From Phaeosaccion multiseriatum (taxonomy: Eukaryota; Protista; Ochrophyta, other classes), in assembly GCA_965112735.1 (NCBI GenBank), contig OZ218961.1:1302001-1366000 (forward strand): 64,000 nt of DNA. Direction: 5' to 3'. The notes under the pieces are model-generated. The model did not search any database and was not told where the DNA came from. It saw nothing but the letters and a program-made list of their open reading frames with translations. The first letter of the stretch is position 1; every line of letters begins with the position of its first letter. Positions 50,564-61,579 of the stretch are shown here, one piece after another. The position numbers and the translations under genes are program-made.

Positions 50564-52848
50564 ATGTGGTCGCCGGCCCAGAAGAAGCGGGTACGGACGG
50601 ACGGGCAGATCAGCCGCGAGGAGTACGATCACAACAACGGGCAGCAGCCGCAGGTACATTCTTTCACACTGTAGCCCCCCCCCCCTACTCCACCAATCAG
50701 GGGCTACAAAAGGGGGCAAGTCCTCCACATTGTGGCAGCGTCTTTCCCATATTCTTCTCAGTCTCTTTCTCTCCCCCTCCCTCCCTCCCTCTCTCTCTAT
50801 CTCTTGCCTCTGCATTGCATATATGTTGTGATCTTACGCCTGTTTCTGAAGGGCGGCAGCGCTGGTGCTGTGCATGGATTTGCGCGAGCCGATGCTGCGA
50901 CTCTGGCAGGCAGGAGGATGGTGACCGGCACCCGGAGGAGCAAGAGAGACGAGTTCCTGCGCATGGTGAGTGTGGAGCCGAGACGAGCCGAGAGGAGGAG
51001 CCTGGAGAGGAGGGGGGTCTTTCGCTGTTAGCGCGTCGGGCTAGAGGCTTTCCGTCCATTCTCCGAGGAGCAGAGTCGAGCAGCACACTTGGCGGGCAGC
51101 ACTCGGGACCTGTGGTCTCTTGTGTAGTGCTGTCTGTGCTGGTGCGGCCCACCCACTTCCCTCCGCCGGCTTTTCTCTTTGGTCGATGTATGGTTCCTCC
51201 GCTGCGGCGCTGCGGATGTTCCGTGGTAACCCTTCATGCCCGATGACCCTTCCCCGTTGCCGTACTGCACCTTGTTTCGCTTGCTGTGCGGTGCTTTCCT
51301 TCCCCGTCGCTGTGCTGCTCTTCGTTTTGCTTTCCTGCCCCATTGCTGTACTGTGCTTTGCTGTGCCTTTGCTGCGCTTTGCTGTGGCAGGTCCGCTCTC
51401 TGAATCAGAACTTCGCCGCTTGGGTTGCTGAGGAGCTCTCGGCAAGCGAAGGGGCAGACCTCACCGCCGGCGTGCTCGACTACATTGCGTGAGTGGGGGA
51501 GTGCGTGGGTGTGTGAGTGGCGTGAGTGTGTGAGTGAGTGAGTGAGTGAGTGAGGGAGTGGGTGAGTGGATGAGTGAGTGGGTGAGTGAGTGAGCAAGGA
51601 AGTGAGTGAGCGATTGAGTGAGTAAGTGTTGCTTATTATTAGGCTGCTTTGGCTGGGTGTGGGCATTGGTATGGTTGGGCATTGGCATGGTATGGTTGGG
51701 CATTTGCTTGGTATGGTTGGGCATTGGCATGGTATGGTTGGGCATTGGCATGGTATGGTTGGGCATTTGCTTGGTATGGTTGGGCATTGGCATGGTATGG
51801 TTGGGCATTTGCTTGGTATGGTTGGGCATTGGCATGGTATGGTTGGGCATTTGCTTGGTATGGTTGGGCATTTGCGTGGTATGGTTGGGCATTGGCATGG
51901 TTGGGCAGTGCCACTCCGTATGGGGATCCTCGTGGCCCACGCCTTGGGCCCTTCCCTTCCTTTGCAACAAAGGGAGGGGGGGACGAATACCCACTCACGA
52001 ACTCAATCCCTCCCTCCCTCCCTGTATCACTCACTCCTTCACTCTCTTATTCGCCCTTGAAGGTGGATTGACTGGACAATTATAATGAACTGATTGATTG
52101 ATTGATTGAGTGATTCATGGATTGGCTCACACGCAACACGCTCAGGTGCCCCTGTTTCTCGTCCCTCCCTCCCCCCCCCCCCCGTCCTTCCCGTCCCTCG
52201 GCCCCCCTCCCCTCCCCTCCCCTCCGTCCCTCTTGTCTCTTGTGTATGCGTGTGCGTGTGCGCGTGCGTGTGCGTATGCGTATGCAGCTACGTGGACAAG
52301 CTGGAGGGGCGCTACTTGAGAGGGCCAGGCATGGTGCTCACCTTCGGCAACGGTAAGGCAGTAAAAGTCAGCCGTCTGAAGGCAGAGAGAGAGAGAGAGA
52401 GTGGCCACACTGCATGCGATGAGAGGGGGAGATCAGAGAGAGAGGAAAGGGTGGAGGGAGAGGCAGAGAGAGAGAGGCAGAGGAAAGGGGGAGGGAGAGA
52501 CAGAGAGAGGGAGAGAGGCTCGGGAAAGGGGGGAGGGAGAGACAGACAGAGGGAGGGGAAGAGGAAATGGGGGAGGGAGAGAGAGCGGGAAAGAGAACGA
52601 CCGCACTGCATACCATGAGAGGGGATGATCAGAGAGAGAGAGAGGAAAGGGGAAGAGAGCGACAAAGAGGAAGGTGCTTTCTTCTCTTCCCTCCCCCTCC
52701 CTTCCTTCCAACTCCACTCAACCTCCCTCTTGTCCTCCTCCCCCTCTTGCTCCTCGCCAAGGTGACTGTGGCCAGCTGGCCCACGGTGACGAGTCTGACG
52801 CAGACCTGAATGTCAAGTACGTTCCTACCCATTTTCCTCCTCCTCCTC

Positions 52849-52891
<43 letters not shown>

Positions 52892-55800
52892 TGCACGGGT
52901 TGTTGCTTCCTCCTGCTCCTCCTGCTGCTCCTCCTGCTCCTCCTCCTCCTGCTGCTGCTCCTGCTCTGGTCGTTGCTTCTCCTCCTTTCTCCTTCTCCCC
53001 CTCCTTCTCTTCCTTTTCCTCCTCCTCCTCCTCCTCCTCCTCCTCCTCCTCCTCCTGCACCACCACCACCACCGCCTCCACCCTTCCCGTTACACTGACC
53101 ACCCACCCCCGTCTGTCATACTGGTGACTCCCACTCCTCTGCCGCATCGCTATACTCCTGCGCACCCCTATATCCTAAATCGAGCCCTACTGACCTGAAT
53201 GTTGAGCTCCCCGATATCGACACTCCTGACCCGTATGCCTACAATATGCATCTCCCTAACCCCTAAAGACTCTACCACACCGACCTCCCTGACCTGTATG
53301 CCTATGATATGGACCTCTCTGACCCGTACACCTACAAATATCGACCTCCCTTCCCCACATGTATTCCTACAATGTATCGACCTGGCCTGACCAATAAACC
53401 TGCATGACCCATATTCCTCCACCTGAAGGTACCCCCGCATCGTGGAGTCGCTTAGAGACAGACAAGTGGCGGCCATTGCTTGTGGGGGGCTCCACAACAT
53501 TGTGTGCATGCAGGATGGTGAGGATGGCAGTGGATGGGGAGGGGAGGGCGAGGAGAGGAGTGTGTGTGTGTGTGTGTGTGTGTCTGAGGGTGTGTCCGTG
53601 TATGGTACGCTCTCTGTCTCGCTTCCGTTCCTCCCTTTGGGCACTACGGGAACATTGCCAGCTCTCTCTCTCTCTGTGTGTGTCTCTCTCACTCTGTGCG
53701 TGCGTATGTGTGCGTCTCTCTCTCTGTGCATGTGTGTGCATGTGTGTGCGAGCAGGGAGCCTGTGGTCGTGGGGTTGCAACGACGATGGAGCGCTGGGGA
53801 GGAGCGGCTCAGAGACACAACCCTTGAGGGTGTCAGAGGTGCTTGGAGATGATAGGTGAGGGAGGAGAGGAAGGGGAGAGGAGAGAAGAGAGATGAGAAG
53901 AGGAGGAGAGCATAGCAGAGGAGAGGAGAGAAGCGAAGAGAGGGGAGAGGAGAAGAGGAGGAGAGCATAGCAGAGGAGAGGAGAGAAGCGAAGAGAGGGG
54001 AGAGGAGAAGAGGAGGAGAGCATAGCAGAGGAGAGAAGCGAAGAGAGGGGAGAGGAGGAAGAGGAGGAGAGCATAGCAGAGGAGAGAAGCGACGAGAGGG
54101 GAGAGGAGAAGAGGAGGAGAGCAAAGCAGAGGAAAGGAGAGAAGCGAAGACAGGGGAGAGGAGAAGAGGAGGAGAGCATAGCAGCATAGCAGAGGAGAGG
54201 AGAGAAGCGAAGAGAGGGGAGAGGAGAAGAGGAGGAGAGAAGCGAAGAGAGAAGAGAACAGGGAGGAACGGAGAAGAGGAGGAGAGTATATCAGAGGGGG
54301 GGAGAGGAGAGGAGAGAAGAGAAGAGGAGGAGGGCATGGTAAAGGAGAGGAGACAAGGGAAGAGGGAGGAAAGGAGAAGAGGAGGAGAGCATAGCAGAGG
54401 AGAGGAGACGAGAGCAAATCAGAAGAGAGGAGAGGAGAGCAAATCAGAAGAGAGAAGAGAAGAGCAAATCAGAAGAGAGGAGAGGAGAGCAAATCAGAAT
54501 AGAGGAGAGGAGAGCAAATCAGAAGAGGTGAGAAGGGAGGGAGGGATAGGAAGAGAGAGAGAGGTTAGGGAGGAGGGAGGGTGAGAGAGGGAAATGGGAG
54601 TGAGAAGGGGAAAGGCAAGAGAGAGAGGGAGGACGGAGGCAGAAGGAGAGACGCAGAGACAGGCAGGCAGAGGGAGAGAGGGAGAGAAAGAGGGAGGGAG
54701 AAAGAGCCCACCCACCTGCTTGCGCTTGCAGGCTCTGGCGCTCTGCCCCGGCCCCGATGTCTCGAACCACTGCTTGCCTTGTTTGTCCCTGTAGGAGCCA
54801 AAGCCGTACACCGTGCCCGACAGACACACGCTCTTCGTCTTTGCTCTCTTTTCCGTGTCGTGTTTCAAGCCTTGTTTGGTACATTGACTCAACTCCTTGC
54901 CCCTCCCCCCTCTCCCTTCCCCTTCCCCTTCCTTCCTCCATCCCCCACTCTCCCGTCCCTCTTCCCTCCCCCCTCTCCCTTCCCCTCCGTTCCTCCATCT
55001 CCCTCTCCTCCCCGCAGTATCGTGCAAGTGGCGGCGGGTGACGTGCAGAGCATGGCAGGTGTGTGTGCGTGTGTGTGATTTTGTGTGCATGTGTGTGTGC
55101 ATGTGTGTGTACGTGTGCCGCTATACGAAATGCCATCTGTAGACTCTCAGGAGGGAAGTGGACAGCACAATGTGACTATTCTTCCCTGAGAAGGAAAGAC
55201 TCTCTCCCTCCCTTGCTCGCTCGTCCTCTCTCCTTCCACCTCCATGTATTCTGCATCCCTTATCTTCTCTCTCTGCCTCCGCCTCTCTCTCTCGATCTCT
55301 CTCTCAACTCTCTCTCGCTGTGTGTGCGTGCGCGTGCGCGCCTTTGCCGATTGCAGTGGGTCTGTCGGGCACGGTGTACGGCTTTGGCTCCTACAAGGAC
55401 AAAGAAGGCAAGCAGTGGTTCGAGACATCGGGGCCGGGGCAGAGCGCCAGAGACTGCAAGCGCAAGCAGGTGGGCTCTTTCTCCCTCCCTCTTTCTCTCC
55501 CTCTCTCCCTCTGCCTGCCCCTCTCTCTGCGTCTCTCCTTCTGCCTCCGTCCCCCCTCTCTCTCTTGCCTTCCCCCCTCTCACTCCATTTCCCTCTCTCA
55601 CCCTCTCTCCCTCCTCCCTAACCTCTCTCTCTCTCTCTCTCTTCCTATCCCTCCCTCCCTTCTCACGCTCCACGTCCAAAACCAACCCACCTTCAACCCC
55701 ACCCCCCACCCCTCCCTACTAAGACCACCCCAATGATCGTGCCGGGTCTGAACGGAGTGGTGGAGGTGGCGTGTGGTGCCTCCTTCAACCTTGCCCTCAC

Positions 55801-55942
55801 GCAGGACGGAGCTGTCTATTCCTGGGGCATCGGAGAGACAGGCGAGTTGGGCAGGCCAGTGTCCGACATGAAGGTGGGTAGTAAGTCAATGGGTGGGCGG
55901 GTGCGTGGGTGGGTAGGTGGGTGGGTGCGTGGGTGGGTAGGC

Positions 55943-55976
<34 letters not shown>

Positions 55977-58900
55977 AGGTGGGTAGGTGGGTAGGTGGGT
56001 AGGTGGATTTTTTGGTGAGGTGGGTGGATGTGTAGGTGGTATGGCTGGGACAGAAACACGCTGTATGACTCTCCCCATCTCCCCTCCCCTCTCTTCTGTC
56101 CCTTCTCCCCTCTCTTTCCTCGCCCCTCCCTCCTCCCGCCTGTCCCGCCTCCGCCCCTCTCTCTCCCTTTCCTGTCGCCTCTGCCCCCCCACCCTCGCCT
56201 TCACCCTGCTCCCCCTCTCCTCTCCCTCCTCCCCGCTCCCCTCTCCCTCCTCCTCCCTCTCCCCTCCTTCCTGCCTGTGATGTCCGGACACTCCTCCCCT
56301 CTCGTCTCTGTCCTGACACCTCTTCCCTCTGTCGTGTCCTGTCCCCTCTCCCCTCCGTTGTGACATTCCTCAGGACTCCGACGGCGAGTACAGATTCGCG
56401 GACATTCAGCGCACACACCTCACCCCACAACGCATGCTGGACGACAAGAAACAGGTCAGTCACCCAGTCACTCAGTCGCTCAGTCACTCAGTCACTCAGT
56501 CACTCAGTCAGTCATTCACCCACTCACCTACTCACTTAGTAACTGTCAGTCACCCAGTCACAGTCAGTCAGTCACTCAATCACTCAGTCAGTCAGTCACT
56601 CAGTCACTTAGTCAGTCAGTCAGTCACTCACTCAGTCACTCAGTCACTCACTCAGTCACTCAGTCACTCAGTCACTCAGTCAGTCAGTCAGTCACTCAGT
56701 CACTCAGTCACTCAGTCAGTCAGTCAGTCACTCAGTCACTCAGTCAGTCACTCAGTGAGTCAGTCAGTCAGTCACCCACTCACCTACTCACTTAGTAACT
56801 GTCTCTCAGTCAGTCACTCAGTCAGTGAATCAGCCAATCATTCACTCACGCAGTCACTCACACACTCGGTGATGCAGTCATTCACTTGATCAGTCAGTCA
56901 GTCAGTCAGTCAGACAGTCAGAAGATGTGTCTCCATTCTCGTTTCTCTCTGTGGATCCCTCTGTCTCTCTCTGTGTGTGTGGATTGACCCCTCTTTTCTT
57001 CCCTCTTTCGCTCCCTCCCCTTTTCTGCGTCTCTTCTGCGTCTCTTTCTCTCTCTCATCACCCCCCCCCGCCCTAACCCTCCCTTCCTCCTTCCCTCCTT
57101 CCCTCCTTCCCTCCTTCCCTCCCTCCCTCCCCCTCCCTCCCAACATTCCGTCCCTTTTTAAAGGCGGTGGTCGGTATCAAGGCGATAGGGTGCGGCGCCT
57201 ACCACTCCCTCGTGGTGACTGCTGTCGATGCACACGTCATGTCCACAGGCCTCAACAACTACGGTCAGCTCGGCCACGGCGATGAGGTCAACAGGGATAC
57301 TCTTCGCACCATTCAGGTAGGAGGAGAAGGAGGAGGAGGAGGAGGAGGAGGAGGAGGAGGAGGAGGAGGGGGAGGAGGAGGAGAAGGAGAAGGAGGAGGA
57401 GGAGGAGGAGGAGGAGGAGGAGGAGGAGGAGGAGGAGGAGGAGGAGGAGGAGAAGGAGAAGGAGGAGGGCGAGGAGGAGGAGGAGGAGGAGGAGGAGAAG
57501 GAGGAGGAAGAGGAGGAGAAGGAGGAGGAGGAGGAGGAGGAGGAGGAGGAGGAGGAGGAGGAGGAGGAGGAGGAGGAGGAGGAGGAGGAGGAGGAGGAGG
57601 AGGAGGAGGAGGAGAGGAGGAGAAGGAGAAGGAGAAGGAGGGTGGACGAAGAGGTGCTTGCGTGTGCGCGTATCGACCCCCTTTCCTGACTTACTGGTAT
57701 TCTTCTGAACTGTATGTATGGCAGTTTTACTGATATGCTACTTAACTGTATGTATGGCAGTCTATGGGCCCACCCGTCCAGAGCGAGAAGCACATCCCAA
57801 ACACGCAAAGTAATGTGCAAGCCCTCCTTCCCTGACTTACTTCTCCCCCTCCTCCTCCTCCTCCCCCTCCTCCTCCCCCTCCTCCTCCTCCTCCTCCTCC
57901 TCCTCCTCCTCCTCCTCCTCCTCCTCCACCTCCACCACCACCACCACCTCCTTCTTCTCAGGCGCTGGAGGGTGTGGGCGTAACCCAAGTAAGCGGAGGC
58001 ATGCACCACTCCCTCGTGCTCTCTCTGGGCTCTCACAGACTGCTCTCCTTCGGGAGGAGTGATTCGGGTCAGCTGGGCTGTCTCGACACCATCCCGGCAG
58101 CAGGTACTGATGTGTGTGTGTGCATGTGTGCATAAATGTGCGTGTCACATATTATTACGTATTCCAGGGTAGGCTTCTCTAGCGATTACCTGTCTGACTG
58201 ACTGACACCAGGTACTGAAGTACTGACTGGGTGGGTGGGGATGGGTGCGGCTGAGGGTATTTTCTCTCTCGCATCGATACCCAAACTTTACAACGTCTCT
58301 GCCCCGACTCTCTGCTCTCTGCCCATATGCCTCTGCTCTATGCCCATATGCCTCTACTCTATGCCCAAACTTAACCACGTCTCTGCCTGACTCTCTGCTC
58401 TCCACCCATCCTCCGCTGCTCTCTGCCCATGCGCCTCTGTTCTCTTCTCTCTGCCGATATGTCCCTGCTCTCTGCCAAATGCCTCTACTCTATGCCCATA
58501 CGCCTCTGCTCTCTGCCGAATGCCTCTGCTCTCTACCCATCCTCCTCTGCTCTCTGCCGAATGCCTCTACTCTATGCCCATACGTCTCTCCTCTCTGCCG
58601 AATGCCTCTGCTCTCCACCCATCCTCCTCTGCTCTCTGCCCATACGCCTCTGTTCTCTTCTCTTTGCCCATATGCCTCTACTCTCTATCCATACGCATCT
58701 ACTCTCTGCCCATACGCCTCTGCTCTGTGCCCTGCCCGCACACCTCCATCACTCTCAGGAGCCTTCGAGAACCTTCCCCGTGAGGTTTCGTTGTGTGGTG
58801 AGGAGGCCGTGAGCATTGCGTGTGGCGCTAACCACAGCCTCGCCCTCACCCAGGGGGGCAAGCTCTACTCCTGGGGGTATGGAGACATGTACGCGTTGGG

Positions 58901-60647
58901 GCACGGTAACGACAAGGACCAGGTAATGTTATGTAATGTTATGTGTGTGGTGATGTTGAGTTCATGATGATGGTATGTGTGTGGTATTGTTGAGTGCTGA
59001 GTGGATGATGATGATGGTGGTGATGGTCATGGTCAATGGTCATGGGCAATGGTCATGGTAGCTTGGTTGGTTTGAAGTGTTCTCTTGGTCGTGTCATGGT
59101 AGTCTGGTTGATTTGAAGTGTTACTTTTGGTGTGTTTCATGTGTGGGGAGACACATCGAGTTGCTCACCAAGTGAGCTGGTCACAGGTGTGGGTATGGGA
59201 AGTGTGTATGCGTGTGTACATCATCGACTTTAGGTCATCAGTAGTCGCATTGTAGGGATGGCAGTGCATGCATAAATGTTCGTGGACTTTTGAATGTCTC
59301 TTCTCCGCCCACCTCCCTCCTGTCCTCTCCATCTCTCTTTCCTCCCCTCTCTCTCTCCTCTCACTCTTTATCTCCCTCCCTCTCTCTCACACACACACAT
59401 ACGCACACTTCCTTATCTTCTCTCGTTTTCTTTCTCTCACACACTTCTTTATAATTTCTCTTTTTCTCTCACACACACACATACGTGCACTCTCTTATCT
59501 TCACTCTTTCTCTCTCTCACACACACACATACGCACACTTCCTTATCTCCTCTCTTTCTCTCTCCTCCACCCCCCTCTCCCCTCTCTCTCTCTTACCCCC
59601 TCACCCTGCCCACCCCTCCCCCCAAAGTGGTTGACTTTATTATGTTGCCCCCCTCACTTACGAAGGATTGTCGCCGTTTACCATCACCCCTTTACCGTCA
59701 CTCAGAGCAAACCTCGGGCGCTTAACTTCAGCAAGGCGGGGTTGGACAAGGTGAGTGAGTCAAAGAGTGAGTGAGTTGAGTGAGTGGGTGAGTGAGTGCG
59801 TCAGTGAGTCAGTGGGTGGGTGAGTGAGTGGGTGGGTGAGTGGGTGGGTGTGGGGGTGAATTGATGGGGGTCAATTTTCCAAAGCTGACTCTGGTCTCGC
59901 AGAGCGAAGAATGCCGAACTCAAAGGTGATCTTCGCTGAGTGAGACTCCGTGGTACACAGCGATAGGAGAGGAGGGGAGAGAAGAGGATAGGGGCGGAGA
60001 GGAGAGGAGAGGAGAGAAGTCAAGTGGAGGGGAGAGGCGAGAAGAGCAAGAGAGGAGAGGAGAGTTGAGGGGAGGAGAGGAGAGGAGAGAAGAAGAGAGG
60101 AGAGAAGAGAGGAAGAGGAGAGGAGAGAATAAGAGAGGAGAGTTGAGGAGAGGGGCAGCCCTTTGTGGTGGGCGCCATGCCGCGCTTTGTCGGGTGTTGC
60201 TTGTGAGGGTCTTTGGCTTTGGTTTCTCTCGGCCTTTCCCTGTCATCCCTTCCTTTCTCTTCGGTCTCCTTCCACTGCCATCCCTTCCTTTCTCTTCGGC
60301 CTCCTTCCACTCCCAGCCTTTCCTTTCACTTCGGCCTCCTTCCCCTGCCATCCCTTCTTTTCTCGTCGGCCCTCTACTGCCATCCCTTCTTTTCTCGTCG
60401 GCCCTCTACTGCCATCCCTTCCTCTTCTTGTGCGCTCAAGTGTTCCCCCCCCTGGTCCCGCCGTATCACCAACTGCTGTATCGCCAACTGCTGCCCCGGC
60501 CCCTACCTGCCCCTTTGTCTGCCCCCCGTTCCTGCCCCTGTGGGTTGCGTCGCTCGCCCCCGTGCGTAGGTGAAGGTTCAGGCCTTCGACGGAGGGGGGC
60601 AGCACACCGCCCTAATCCTCGGGCAGGGGCTTATCTCCAGGAGGTGA
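50564..60647 (+). CDS. RCC1: RCC1 (RanGEF) with N-terminal NUP50/Nup2-like domains, 16 exons, frame intact
   Basis: Exons 50564-50653, 50852-50965, 51391-51488, 52288-52352, 52762-52816, 53429-53517, 53756-53855, 55018-55058, 55357-55469, 55724-55873, 56374-56454, 57164-57316, 57962-58103, 58759-58922, 59706-59750, 60570-60647; GT-AG and phase-compatible. RCC1 motifs: CGGLHN, WGCNDDGALGR, VQVAAGD, FGSYKDKEG, GLNNYGQLG, GGMHHSL, GGGQHT. Confidence 0.9.
51655..51905. repeat. 21-bp intronic minisatellite (ggtatggttgggcattggcat / ...tttgctt)
   Basis: About 11 tandem copies of two variants, no unique spacers. Confidence 0.92.
53870..54525. repeat. GA-rich intronic minisatellite (gaggagagcatagcagagg... 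and agagcaaatcagaag...)
   Basis: Direct inspection. Confidence 0.85.
54528..54825 (-). repeat. Inverted copy of RCC1 exon 9 plus downstream intron, located in intron 7
   Basis: Reverse complement of 55360-55666. Minus frame reads LSGTVYGFGSYRDKQGKQWFETSGPGQSARACKRKQ. Confidence 0.92.
58300..58735. repeat. ~21-bp intronic minisatellite (tgcctctgctctctgcccata)n
   Basis: Direct inspection; a related unit occurs at ~62600-62730. Confidence 0.85.
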
Positions 60648-61579
60648 CAGCAGCAGCAGCAGGAGGAGGAGGAGGAGGAGCAGGAGGAGGAGGAGGAGGA
60701 GGAGCAGGAGGAGGAGGAGGAGGAGGAGGAGTAGCAGCAGCAGCAGGAGGAGGAGGAGGAGGAGAAGGAGCGGCTCACCCTGCTCAGCTGTTTTAGAGGG
60801 GGGCGACGAGCTCCCTGCTCAGCTGCCCAAGGGGCTTTGAACTACGGCTCTTTGTAGGCGACGATGACGATGGTGAGGAGGAGAGAGTCGGATATTCCTT
60901 GGCTGTGATGGCTGGGCCTTCGAGGTGTTGGAGCACCCTCAGCGACAGCACCTTTGAGTTTGACTATTGAGAAGGAGTGTGGCACATGACGCTCTTCCTA
61001 CTGTGGTCCTGTAAGTCTTCTTCGGAGTCTTTTTTTTTAGTTTAAAAGTTTAAACAAAACCTCTCATCTGGGCGCCTCCGAAATTATACTCAGCGACGAC
61101 CCACGAGGGCAGCTTTTCTCGTGTCTACTGCAACAAGTCGTAGTAGTGGTGCATGCTATATATCACCAACTGCTGCTGCTGCTGTTGCTTCTGTATCACC
61201 AACTGCTACACGCCTTCTCCCTTGGCCACACTCAGGGGAAGGGAAGGAAGAGAAGGGAATAGTAGTGGTGCTTGGATGTGACTGAATGGTGCCTCTGTCC
61301 CTTCCTCCCTTCCAGACTGCTTCTACTTATGTACATGTGAAGGTCGGGTACACACACCCCACCCCAGTCTATTCTCTACTCTGTATCACCAACTGCTACA
61401 CCCCCACCCCAGTCTACTCTCTATTCCAAGAAGCATGCTAGCAAGTAGAGGTGGGGTGTGCGTAAGGAAGGCCAGCGAGTGCTGCACCCACAGGGCTGAA
61501 TCGCCAATTGTTGTCTCAACCAATATCACCAACTGCAGCACCCTCCGTGCTGTATGGCCAACCGCTGTATCACCAAGCG

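Noticed and set aside
51655-51905. CRISPR-like regular repeats
   Set aside because: Head-to-tail 21-mers with no unique spacers, inside a spliceosomal intron, and no cas genes.
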